DNA of 36,822 bases, from the NCBI GenBank assembly GCA_042095375.1, contig JBELBJ010000003.1, positions 45,544-82,365 of the forward strand, given 5' to 3'. Origin of the DNA: Marinoscillum sp. Its GTDB lineage: Bacteria; Bacteroidota; Bacteroidia; Cytophagales; MED-G16. Position numbers and translations under genes: made by a program. Every line of letters begins with the position of its first letter. Position 1 is the first letter of the stretch. Under the pieces are notes generated by a model. The model was not told the DNA's origin. It searched no databases and saw only the letters and a list, made by a program, of their open reading frames with translations. Below, one piece after another: positions 17,825-26,991 of the stretch.

Positions 17825-19238
17825 AGTATTGTATAATGTAGGTAATTATTCCAGCTATGTAGCCAATAATTGCTAAAATTGTAAACTTTCTGACATACCA
17901 GAAGAATGGTATATTTTCTAACCCCATTATGGCAACTCCAGCTGCGGAACCGATTATTAAAGCACTGCCTCCAGTACCTGCGCAATATGCAAGAAATTCC
18001 CAAAAAAGGCCATCTTGTTCAAAAAACTCCATTCCACCTAATGGATACATTCCCATTGCAGCAGCTACTAATGGAACATTATCTACTAATGCTGAAAGTA
18101 ATCCAATGATAGAGCCAATAAGGTATACGCCATTTTCCGTTGATGTGCCAATCTTATCATCAAGAAATCCAGCCATTTGATTTAATTGACCGGCGCTTTG
18201 AAGACTTCCAACAGCAAGAAGAATACCTAAAAAAAATAGAATGGTTGGAACATCCATTTTTTCTAGAGCATGAAATACAGAAAAATGCCTTTTTGTTTTA
18301 ATATCATCTTTTTTATGCATGATATCAGTTATAAGCCACAGAACACCTAAACTGAGCATCATTCCCATAAAAGGAGGTAAATGAGTTATAGATTTAAATA
18401 TTGGCACAAAAAGTAGACCGCTTACCCCTAGTCCAAAAACCAAATTTCTTTGTTGTCTAGTTGTATGATGGGCTGTTTTATTTTCTTCATCACTGGGTCG
18501 TTCTACATTTCCTTTCGTATAAAAGGACATTATTGTCAATGGAACTAAAAGGCAAACTAAACTGGGAAGAAAGACATTCAAAATTATTTGTTGAGTTGTA
18601 ATTTGTTTTCCAATCCATAGCATTGTAGTTGTTACATCTCCTATTGGAGACCAAGCACCCCCAGCATTAGCTGAAATAATTACCATACCAAGAAACATCC
18701 ATCTTTCCTTTTGATCTTTTATAAATTTTCTAGTTAGAGATACCATAATTATGGACGTAGTTAAGTTATCTAGGGCAGCAGAGAAGAAAAATGATATAAT
18801 TCCAATAATCCACAATAATTTCAATTTATTTCTTGTTTTAATACGATCTGTAACAACTCTAAAACCACCGTGAAGATCAATAATTTCAACAATAGTCATT
18901 GCTCCCATTAAAAAGAATAAAATGCTAGATATTTCTGATAGAATTTCAAATAGTTGAACCTCAGTTACAAATTCTGCTATTGTTTCGTATGTAATCTCAT
19001 CATTTACTGATTCATCACTCGTTTCAGTAATTTCTCCTGGGTAGGTAGAACTAAACTCATGAATAGCATGGTCTTTAACTTTATCTAAATCAACAATTTG
19101 TTCTTTACCAACAACATAAATTGTCCAACAAAGTATTCCTGTAACTAACGCTACTGCGGCTTTATCAACTTTTAGCTGATGTTCCAGGGTAATACAAAGA
19201 TACCCAATCACAAAAACCACAACCATTAGTTCGTACAT
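17811..19238 (-). CDS. nhaD: NhaD-type Na+/H+ antiporter
   Basis: ILFFLMGAMTIVE, SAALDNLTT, ANAGGAWSPIGDVTTTMLW, SALVDNVPL, AGTGGSALIIGSAAG. Confidence 0.92.
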   Translation of the reverse strand: MYELMVVVFVIGYLCITLEHQLKVDKAAVALVTGILCWTIYVVGKEQIVDLDKVKDHAIHEFSSTYPGEITETSDESVNDEITYETIAEFVTEVQLFEILSEISSILFFLMGAMTIVEIIDLHGGFRVVTDRIKTRNKLKLLWIIGIISFFFSAALDNLTTSIIMVSLTRKFIKDQKERWMFLGMVIISANAGGAWSPIGDVTTTMLWIGKQITTQQIILNVFLPSLVCLLVPLTIMSFYTKGNVERPSDEENKTAHHTTRQQRNLVFGLGVSGLLFVPIFKSITHLPPFMGMMLSLGVLWLITDIMHKKDDIKTKRHFSVFHALEKMDVPTILFFLGILLAVGSLQSAGQLNQMAGFLDDKIGTSTENGVYLIGSIIGLLSALVDNVPLVAAAMGMYPLGGMEFFEQDGLFWEFLAYCAGTGGSALIIGSAAGVAIMGLENIPFFWYVRKFTILAIIGYIAGIITYIIQYSILN

Positions 19239-19266
19239 GATTAAAAAATTTTATCTAAAATATAAA

Positions 19267-20334
19267 TTAAAAGCTGGTTTCAAAAAGATTTCCTCCTGAA
19301 ATTTTAAATTTACAACCTGTTACGTCATTTAAAATATTTTGTTTATTCATTCTTTTTAATAAACCCATAAAAGCAAAAATTAAAGCTTCTTTGTAATTAA
19401 CTAAATTATCATTTGGTATTATCCATTCATTTTTATTATTATCATAAAGCTTTATTTTTTCTATTAAATATTCATTGTATGCTCCTCCACCAGTGACTAA
19501 TATTTTATTTTTCTCCCCATTAATATTTTTAATTAATTGGTATGCAATATGATTAGAAAATGTATTCATAACATCTTTTAAATTATAATTTAATTTATAA
19601 ATAGTTGGATAAATATTTTTGTTTATCCATTCAATCCCAATAGTTTTTGGATAGTTTTTTTTATAATATTCTATAGAATTTAATTTATCAAAAAGTTTTG
19701 GTATAAGCTTTCCATTTCTTGCTATTTCTCCTTTATGATCATATTCTAAATTTAATTTATTAGAAATGTTGTTTAAAACTAAGTTGGAAGCAACTACATC
19801 ATAGGCATACATATTACGTGGATCAATTTTTGTTAAATTCAGAATACCTCCTAGGTTTATGAAATAATTATAGCCTTTAAATAATAATTTTTCTCCTATT
19901 GGAACTAGAGGCGCTCCTTGACCACCTAAAATGATATCCAATTCTCTAAAATTATTAATCACAGGTAATTTTACAATTGATAAAATTTTGTTTGCATTGC
20001 CTATTTGAAGACCAATTTTTTCTTTTGGATTATGAAAAACAGTATGGCCGTGAGATGAAATAAGTTCAGGGTTTAGGTTGTTATATTTTATAAATTTATT
20101 TATTTCTAAACCAATAAATTCTCCAAGACTATGATCCAATTTAATTAAATCATATCCACTTAATTCAATTGATGATTTTAATTTATTTTTTAATTTTTTA
20201 GGATATTGAACTGTTATTGCTTTATCAATTTTGTATGTCCAATCTCTTGTTTCTTTAAACGTACAGTGAGCGATGTCTATTCCGTCTAAAGATGTTCCAG
20301 ACATTATACCTATTATTTTAAAAATATTACTCAT
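19267..20334 (-). CDS. anmK: Anhydro-N-acetylmuramic acid kinase
   Basis: IGIMSGTSLDGID, SHGHTVFH, D...GGQGAPLVP, NLGGI.N, TGGGAYN, KEALIFA. Confidence 0.93.
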   Translation of the reverse strand: MSNIFKIIGIMSGTSLDGIDIAHCTFKETRDWTYKIDKAITVQYPKKLKNKLKSSIELSGYDLIKLDHSLGEFIGLEINKFIKYNNLNPELISSHGHTVFHNPKEKIGLQIGNANKILSIVKLPVINNFRELDIILGGQGAPLVPIGEKLLFKGYNYFINLGGILNLTKIDPRNMYAYDVVASNLVLNNISNKLNLEYDHKGEIARNGKLIPKLFDKLNSIEYYKKNYPKTIGIEWINKNIYPTIYKLNYNLKDVMNTFSNHIAYQLIKNINGEKNKILVTGGGAYNEYLIEKIKLYDNNKNEWIIPNDNLVNYKEALIFAFMGLLKRMNKQNILNDVTGCKFKISGGNLFETSF

Positions 20335-20353
20335 TTTTTTAAATTCTTAAATT

Positions 20354-20361
20354 CAAACTTA
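20354..20361 (-). promoter_or_regulatory. -7 box (TAAGTTTG on minus strand) for anmK-nhaD
   Basis: CAAACTTA on the plus strand, 19 nt upstream of the anmK ATG. Confidence 0.5.
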
Positions 20362-20401
20362 TAATATATTTTCTTTTTTTATATAAACCTTACATCTTTG
20401 C

Positions 20402-20433
20402 TATCTTTGTAAATTTACAAAAATATACTTTTG
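20402..20433 (+). promoter_or_regulatory. Two candidate -7 boxes (TATCTTTG 20402-20409; TACTTTTG 20426-20433) for the envelope operon
   Basis: Exact TAnnTTTG matches upstream of ATG 20448; I cannot tell which is used. Confidence 0.5.
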
Positions 20434-20447
20434 AATTTTTGAATATA

Positions 20448-21710
20448 ATGAAGCTAAAGTTTTTACTATTTATATCTTTATTTTTTACTTTAAAATTATT
20501 TTCTCAAACTACTTCACCCTTTACTTCTGTAACAGGCATTGGAGAGTTAAATGATTTGGGCTACTCCAATAATGTAGCTATGGGTGGTGTTGGGATTAGT
20601 AATGGATCTGTTTGGCATTTAAACAATCAAAATCCAGCAGCTTTAACTTCAAATATTTTTACCACTTTTGAAATGGGACTTTCCTCAGATCTAAGACAAG
20701 TATCGAATAATAAAATAACTGATTTAAATGGAAGTGCTAATTTAAACTATATTGGTTTTGGTGTACCAATTATAAAAAATGGAAAATGGGTTTCATCTTT
20801 TGGCTTTAATCCATTTAGTTCTGTCAATTATGTTTTATATAACGAAGAGGTTTTAGAGAATACTTCTGCTGTTGCAAGATATAGATATGAGGGTGAAGGT
20901 GGTCTGACTCAAGCATATTGGTCTAATGGGTTTAAAATTTCTAAAGATTTATCTCTTGGGCTTAAAGGGTCATATATTTTTGGAAATGTTAAAAATGAAA
21001 CAAGTGTTATTTTAACTAATGAAGAAAAATTTTATACCACCCATTATGAAAGCTCTTCATACAATGATTATAATTTGACATCAGGATTATTCTATAAAAA
21101 AGAATTAGTAGAAGATAAGTTTTTAAAAATAGGTTTCATTTATGATTTAAAATCTTCATTAAATGCAGATCGTTTTTCTAGATTGGAAAGAAGGTTAGTT
21201 AACACAACTAATATTGTGCCAATAGACACTCTAATTAATCATGAAATTCAAAAGTTTTCTATACCAAAAAGTTATGGTATTGGTTTCTCTTATGAAAAAC
21301 TAGACAAATTTTCTGTTGGTATTGAAGTAAAGCTACAGTCTTGGAATAATAGAAGTGGTTTTCAAGATAATTATGATAATGTAGTTTATAAAAACTTTTT
21401 GAAAATTTCTTCAGGAATTGAATTTATTCCAGATGCGCAAAATGTAGATAAATATTTAAAAAGATCTACTTATAGATTTGGTATTTTTTTTAAAAAGTCT
21501 CCATATTTGATAAATAACAATCAAATTAATAATTTAGGATTGAATCTAGGGTTATCTCTTCCAGTTGGTTCTTTGTCAAGAATTAATGTTGCTATGGAAA
21601 TGGGTATTAGGGGGAGTGTAGATAAAACTTTTGTTAAAGAACGCTATTTTAAGTTTGTTTTAGGAAGTTCAATTAACAATATTTGGTTCATTAAAAGAAA
21701 ATTTGATTAA
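20448..21710 (+). CDS. FadL-like outer-membrane beta-barrel (probable BamG-family protein)
   Basis: Signal peptide, N-terminal T.SP....GIGEL...AMGG.G......N..NPA (FadL-like plug), amphipathic beta-strands and C-terminal WFIKRKFD; lies upstream of TPR-lptC. The BamG assignment rests on recalled synteny and is unverified. ATG 20448 preferred over TTG 20439. Confidence 0.7.
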   Translation: MKLKFLLFISLFFTLKLFSQTTSPFTSVTGIGELNDLGYSNNVAMGGVGISNGSVWHLNNQNPAALTSNIFTTFEMGLSSDLRQVSNNKITDLNGSANLNYIGFGVPIIKNGKWVSSFGFNPFSSVNYVLYNEEVLENTSAVARYRYEGEGGLTQAYWSNGFKISKDLSLGLKGSYIFGNVKNETSVILTNEEKFYTTHYESSSYNDYNLTSGLFYKKELVEDKFLKIGFIYDLKSSLNADRFSRLERRLVNTTNIVPIDTLINHEIQKFSIPKSYGIGFSYEKLDKFSVGIEVKLQSWNNRSGFQDNYDNVVYKNFLKISSGIEFIPDAQNVDKYLKRSTYRFGIFFKKSPYLINNNQINNLGLNLGLSLPVGSLSRINVAMEMGIRGSVDKTFVKERYFKFVLGSSINNIWFIKRKFD

Positions 21711-21736
21711 TTTTACTTAAATAACATTAGCTTATT

Positions 21737-23146
21737 ATGAGATTAATTACCTTCTTATTTGTGAATTTCTTTTTTGTATCATTAGTTTCTGCTCAACCTG
21801 GGTGGAATTGGCCTGATAATAAAAGTTCAGCAGAAGAAAAAAATGTTTTATATACTGATTATTTAAAAGAGGGGAATTGTGAAGCAGCTCTCGAACCACA
21901 TAATTGGCTTCTTGATAGTGTGCCAAATCTTCACGTTTCACTTTATCAAAACGGCATTAAAATCTATCAATGCCTTATTAAAAATGAAAAAGATAAAGAT
22001 AAACGAAATCAGTTAATTGAAAAAGCACTTGAGATGTTTGATTTAAGGATAAAATACTTCAAAAGAGAAGCTTATGTTATTAATAGAAAAGCATTTTATG
22101 CTTATCAATATTATAAATCAAACAAGGATAAATTTTCTTACTTATATGAGCTATTTAATAGAGCTTATGAACTTAATGATGATAAAATTTCTAATAATAA
22201 TATAGTTTCATTCATGGACTTAATGAGAAGGTATAAAGCATCTTTTCCAGATAATATTAGTGATGATGAAATTTTAGAAAAATACACCCTGATAACAGAT
22301 GTTCTTGGTAAAAAAATTGCTACTGAAAACATGAATATTAGTATTCATAATGATGATGAGAAGCCTAAATATGAAAAAAACCTTGAACGTCTAAAAAAAT
22401 ATCAGAGTTTAGTAGACGAGTTGTTAACAAATACCGTAACTGTTGATTGTGATTTTATTTTTAATAAATTAGGTCCAAAATTAACAAACTTAACATCAAA
22501 TTTTGATGGTGAAATCATGCAAACAAATTATGATGATGTTGCTCCTGTTTCAGATAATCCAGCAATTTTAAATCTTGCAAAAGAAATTTTTATGTTATCT
22601 AGAAAAAATAAATGTGGTTTCACAGGCATTGTATTAACTGCTTCAAAAATTATTTTTGAAAATACTCCAGACGTTGGAATTGCTAAGATTATAGCTTCTA
22701 ATGTTCAAGATAATCTTTCAGAAGCCTTAGATTATTACGATAGGGCAATTGAAGTATCTAGTGACAAAAATCAAAAGGCAGAATTGCATTTACTGAAGGC
22801 TACATTATATAGAAAAAATAATCAAAAAGTTAATGCAAAGCAAAGTGCTTTGGAAGCTTTGATAGAAAATAATTCTTATAGGGAAGCATATAAATTTATA
22901 GGTGATTTGTATATGGCAAGTTATGAGGATTGTAAAAAAGGTCAAAGTAGAGTAAAAGATAGATTGGTTTTTATAGCTGCTCATAAAATGTATATGAGGG
23001 GTGGACATTCTTCACAAGCACAATCAGCTAAAGGGCAATTTCCTTCTGCTGAAGAAATTTTCACTGAAAACTATGAAGTCAAGCAACAACTAAAAGTAGA
23101 TTGCTGGATTAATGAAACTGTAACTTTAGAAAAAAGAACAAATTAA
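21737..23146 (+). CDS. Exported TPR-like helical protein
   Basis: Sec signal peptide (VSA-Q), all-helical TPR-like repeats, six Cys, C-terminal FPS.EEIF...CWINETV motif. Confidence 0.8.
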   Translation: MRLITFLFVNFFFVSLVSAQPGWNWPDNKSSAEEKNVLYTDYLKEGNCEAALEPHNWLLDSVPNLHVSLYQNGIKIYQCLIKNEKDKDKRNQLIEKALEMFDLRIKYFKREAYVINRKAFYAYQYYKSNKDKFSYLYELFNRAYELNDDKISNNNIVSFMDLMRRYKASFPDNISDDEILEKYTLITDVLGKKIATENMNISIHNDDEKPKYEKNLERLKKYQSLVDELLTNTVTVDCDFIFNKLGPKLTNLTSNFDGEIMQTNYDDVAPVSDNPAILNLAKEIFMLSRKNKCGFTGIVLTASKIIFENTPDVGIAKIIASNVQDNLSEALDYYDRAIEVSSDKNQKAELHLLKATLYRKNNQKVNAKQSALEALIENNSYREAYKFIGDLYMASYEDCKKGQSRVKDRLVFIAAHKMYMRGGHSSQAQSAKGQFPSAEEIFTENYEVKQQLKVDCWINETVTLEKRTN

Positions 23147-23151
23147 ATTTT

Positions 23152-25065
23152 ATGAAATTAAATGCCAAAACAATACAAGACTTAATTGATAGTATTCCAA
23201 TTGTAAAATTACTATCTAAAAATGTTGGTGCTGCAGGCGCTATAGGTTTTATTATCCAAGACTTTGTTCTCCCTTTGTACGGAGATTTCATTGTTCCAAT
23301 TGTTTTGTCTTTGGCTGGTGCAGGATTGATAGCATTTGCTTTATGGTATTTTATATTTAAAATTGATACTTCTGATAATTTTAATCATGTATCTTTTCAA
23401 GCTTCAATTGTATGTGTATTATTATCAATGGTTATTTTTGGTTTTAGTTTTTTATCAAAAGCTCTATCAGGGGAAGATGGTAGAGGACTTTTAGGATCTC
23501 AGGTAGGTTTCGTAGCAGATTTACAAGATAATGCTAATGTATATAAAGAAGATGCAGCGGCCTTAGCTAAAATTGCTGAAAACTATTCTGATATGCAAAT
23601 GCAATTAGCTACTCTTAATAATCAAATAGCGAACCAAATGTCACAAAATGGACAGTTAGATGATGATTTAAAGTCTCAAATAAGTGAAATTATGTCTACA
23701 TCGGTTCCAGGAAATAATGATTCTTCACGAGTTACACAATTGGAGAAAGAACTTGATATTGCTTATGAGTTATTAAGACAGATGAGTATGAATAATCAAG
23801 TCCTTCAATCAGATGAAAAAGATAATTTTAAAGATAGAGTTCAAAATGCAAAAAATGATAGTATTTTTTCTATAATCGGATCTTTAAATACTCAAATAGA
23901 GAGTTTAGAAGAGGTGTCTTCAAGTATGTTAACTGATATTAAATCCTTAGATAAATCAGCTGAGCTTGCGGAATTAAAAAAATTAACACTTGAAATAATT
24001 GAAAAAGAAGATCAATTAACTAAAACAATTCAAGAATCGGAGAAGAGAGCTAATAAAACAATGAGAAAAGAACTTGATGAAATTTCATCCTCTATCAAAA
24101 AAAGGAATAATAAAGGAGACAAGGAAAGTGGAAAATATTTAGATGAAATTGTAAATTCATATGAAAAGGTCTTATCCAAAGTTGAAAATAGAAAATCAAG
24201 AAAAGATGAAAGAAATACAGAAAAACAATTAGCTGATACTCAGAAAGAGATAGATGAACTTAAGGGTAAATTAGTTGATTATGAGTCATCACAAAGTGAA
24301 GATGAATCTAATGAAGAGTTGAGTTCGTTAAAAACTTTAATTTCTCAATTGGAATCATATAATGATGTTCAAACTTCAAATGTTCAAACCCTTCAACAAG
24401 ATACACAATCACAGATAGGTGAACTTACTAGCTCCATGTCTCAAATTTTAAATGATATCACTGATTTGAAGGCAATAATAGTTAACAGTGGAAATAATAT
24501 TCAAAGTGCGCCACCAAATGATGAAGTAGAAATTACTAGTACATTCGTTGGAAATAATACTTTAATGTCAGAAGAATCACAAAGACTATTAGCTGGTATG
24601 TCAAATAATGAAACCGATAATCAATTAACAAATGATAATGTTGTTGCTAAGGCATTTAATGATGAGATTAAGGTTTTAGATAATCAACAATCAGATTTAT
24701 ATTATAAAAAAGCACAGATGTTAATTATTAGTAATAATTTTGAAGAATCACTAGATAATGCATTTAAAGTGATTGAACTATCTCCGGAAAGATTAGAGGC
24801 CTACACTTTAATTGGAAATATATATATGACGGCAATCAATAGATGTTCAGATATAGGCGAAGATCAGTTTTCAAAAAAATTAGTTGCTATTGCTGCATAT
24901 AAGATGTATGAAAAAAGTCAAAACAATCAAAAAATGAATGAAGCAATGATGTTTTTTCCTACAACTGATGAAATTAAAAGTAGCGGATATTCAAAGACTA
25001 AATCAGTTGATTTAAATGTCTGTTGGGTTAATGAAGAAATCACTTTATTATCAAAAGGAGATTAA
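23152..25065 (+). CDS. Hypothetical membrane-anchored coiled-coil protein with a C-terminal domain paralogous to the upstream TPR protein
   Basis: 637-aa open frame in AT-rich DNA, 5 nt after the previous stop. About 3 hydrophobic helices in aa 25-101, heptad-rich aa ~125-445, and a C-terminal ~125 aa that aligns with the end of 21737-23146. Confidence 0.85.
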   Translation: MKLNAKTIQDLIDSIPIVKLLSKNVGAAGAIGFIIQDFVLPLYGDFIVPIVLSLAGAGLIAFALWYFIFKIDTSDNFNHVSFQASIVCVLLSMVIFGFSFLSKALSGEDGRGLLGSQVGFVADLQDNANVYKEDAAALAKIAENYSDMQMQLATLNNQIANQMSQNGQLDDDLKSQISEIMSTSVPGNNDSSRVTQLEKELDIAYELLRQMSMNNQVLQSDEKDNFKDRVQNAKNDSIFSIIGSLNTQIESLEEVSSSMLTDIKSLDKSAELAELKKLTLEIIEKEDQLTKTIQESEKRANKTMRKELDEISSSIKKRNNKGDKESGKYLDEIVNSYEKVLSKVENRKSRKDERNTEKQLADTQKEIDELKGKLVDYESSQSEDESNEELSSLKTLISQLESYNDVQTSNVQTLQQDTQSQIGELTSSMSQILNDITDLKAIIVNSGNNIQSAPPNDEVEITSTFVGNNTLMSEESQRLLAGMSNNETDNQLTNDNVVAKAFNDEIKVLDNQQSDLYYKKAQMLIISNNFEESLDNAFKVIELSPERLEAYTLIGNIYMTAINRCSDIGEDQFSKKLVAIAAYKMYEKSQNNQKMNEAMMFFPTTDEIKSSGYSKTKSVDLNVCWVNEEITLLSKGD

Positions 25066-25081
25066 TGTTCTTTAATCATAG

Positions 25082-25612
25082 ATGAGAAGACTTTTATATT
25101 TTTCAATATCATATTTATTTTTATTAAGCTGCTCTTTAGATACAAAAACTCAATCTATTCCTGAAGATTATTCTGGGCCGGTTATTGAAATGTATAATAG
25201 TACGACATCATATAGTGATAATTCAAGATTACGATTAAAATTAAACTCGAAAGAATATTTTGTATATAAAAATGAAAATGAAGAATATCCACAAGGTCTA
25301 TTTATGGAAATTTATTCAACTGAGGAAAAAAAAATCATTGCGACATTTGTTGCCAATCATGTTATAAAATTTTACAAAGACAATTATTACAAGGCTACTG
25401 GAAATGTTATCCTAATTAATCTTGAAACTAAAGATGTATTAAATACTGAAGAATTATTATGGTATCCTGAAAAAGAAAAATTTGTTACTGATAAATTTTT
25501 GACTATTAAAACAGATGATGAATTGCACAAAGGTGAAGGAATGGAATCTAATCAAGATTTTTCATCATATAGAATTATTAAACCAATGGGAAGTATACAA
25601 TTTGAAGAGTAG
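25082..25612 (+). CDS. lptC: LPS export periplasmic protein LptC
   Basis: Bacteroidota LptC pattern YSD......L......EYPQGL...A....GNV......L.TEEL.W......TDK...I.......G.G.ESNQDF; lipobox-like LLSC. Confidence 0.85.
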   Translation: MRRLLYFSISYLFLLSCSLDTKTQSIPEDYSGPVIEMYNSTTSYSDNSRLRLKLNSKEYFVYKNENEEYPQGLFMEIYSTEEKKIIATFVANHVIKFYKDNYYKATGNVILINLETKDVLNTEELLWYPEKEKFVTDKFLTIKTDDELHKGEGMESNQDFSSYRIIKPMGSIQFEE

Positions 25613-25660
25613 TTACTAAATAAATATGTTTTAATTTTTCTATTTTAAAAATCAATTATT

Positions 25661-26923
25661 TTGTTAGATATATACTATAAAATACTTATTTCATTACTTT
25701 TTTCTGGTTTTTTTTCTGGAATAGAGATCGCTTTTGTTTCAAGGAATAAGTTAAATTTTGAACTTAAAGCAAAAAAGGGTGGTGTTATTGGAAGTATCTT
25801 TTCAATATTTAAGGAAAACACCTCTCATTTTATTGCCACAATGCTATTGGGTAATAATTTAGCTTTAGTTTTATATGGCATTTTTATGGCTGAATTGCTA
25901 GAGCCTGTTATTTTTGATCTTCTACCTGAAATAATTAAAAATGACTTTTTTGTTCTTTTATTTTTAACAATAAGTTCTACTTTCATTGTATTGATAACTG
26001 CAGAGTTCATTCCAAAAAGTTTATTTCTTGTTAGTCCAAATTTAATGTTATCATACTTTTCTATTCCTCTTTTTATAATATATCTTTTTTTGTACCCTTT
26101 TGTATGGGTTATACTTTCAATTTCTAAATTTTTTATTTTAAATGTCATGAATTTAGAATATTCTGAAGAAAAACCTGTATTTAGTTTAACCGATCTAAAT
26201 GACTATGTTAAAAGAACAGTTTCAAAAGGTTCTAATAATTCAAAAAAAGAAGTAAATACTGATTATTTTAATAACGCTTTGGAGTTTAAGGCTGTTAAAG
26301 TAAGAGATTGTATGATTCCAAGAACGGAGTTAGTTTGTCTGGATGTTTCAGAACCTATAGATAAGTTAAATAAACTTTTTGTAGATACAGGTTTATCTAA
26401 AATTATTATTTATGATAAATCAATAAACAATGCAATTGGTTATTGTCACGGATTATCCTTATATAGTAATCCTAAAAAAATTAATGATATAATTAAACCG
26501 ATAATTCATGTTACTGAAGCTACACTTGCAAGTGAATTACTAATTCAATTTATTTCAAATCATATGTCAATTGCAATAATTGTTGATGAATATGGTGAAA
26601 CTTCTGGAATTATAACTCTTGAAGATATTATTGAAGAAATATTTGGAGAAATAATTGATGAATATGATGATTATAATTTGTTGGAGCAAATAAAAAGTAA
26701 TGGAGTATATAATTTAAGTGCTCGACATGAGGTTGACTATTTAAATGAAAAATATAGTCTTTCAATACCTGATGGTGATTATGATACTCTTGGAGGTTAT
26801 ATACTATATCTTAATAAAAATTTACCTAAAAAATTTGAAGAAATTAATTCTAAAACCCATCAAATAAAAATTTTAACAATGTATGGTAATAAAATAGGAA
26901 ATGTTAGAATTTTAAAAAAGTGA
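25661..26923 (+). CDS. HlyC/CorC-family (CNNM + CBS pair + CorC domain) membrane protein
   Basis: FFSGIEIAFVS, TMLLGNN, AEFIPK, VRDCMIPR, IVDEYG...GIITLEDIIEEIFGEI.DEYD, YDTLGG; TTG start. Confidence 0.92.
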   Translation: MLDIYYKILISLLFSGFFSGIEIAFVSRNKLNFELKAKKGGVIGSIFSIFKENTSHFIATMLLGNNLALVLYGIFMAELLEPVIFDLLPEIIKNDFFVLLFLTISSTFIVLITAEFIPKSLFLVSPNLMLSYFSIPLFIIYLFLYPFVWVILSISKFFILNVMNLEYSEEKPVFSLTDLNDYVKRTVSKGSNNSKKEVNTDYFNNALEFKAVKVRDCMIPRTELVCLDVSEPIDKLNKLFVDTGLSKIIIYDKSINNAIGYCHGLSLYSNPKKINDIIKPIIHVTEATLASELLIQFISNHMSIAIIVDEYGETSGIITLEDIIEEIFGEIIDEYDDYNLLEQIKSNGVYNLSARHEVDYLNEKYSLSIPDGDYDTLGGYILYLNKNLPKKFEEINSKTHQIKILTMYGNKIGNVRILKK

Positions 26924-26965
26924 TATTTAATTAACTATTTTATAACTTTTTACATTTAAAAAAAT

Positions 26966-26973
26966 TAATTTTG
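26966..26973 (+). promoter_or_regulatory. -7 box (TAATTTTG) for the PpiD-like gene
   Basis: Exact match 18 nt before ATG 26992. Confidence 0.55.
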
Positions 26974-26991
26974 GCTTCCTAAATTTTAATT

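Noticed and set aside
17326-18180. ORFs 17326-17595, 17614-18003, 17906-18109 and 17929-18180
   Set aside because: They overlap ribH or nhaD and are explained by codon bias of the real genes.
24365-24389. ATGTTCAAAC repeated with a 15-nt period (VQTSN/VQTLQ)
   Set aside because: Only two copies, in frame within a coiled coil; not an array or a regulatory repeat.
23500-24490. Possible SMC, methyl-accepting chemotaxis or phage tape-measure identity for the coiled coil
   Set aside because: No Walker motifs, no MCP hairpin signature and no phage genes nearby.
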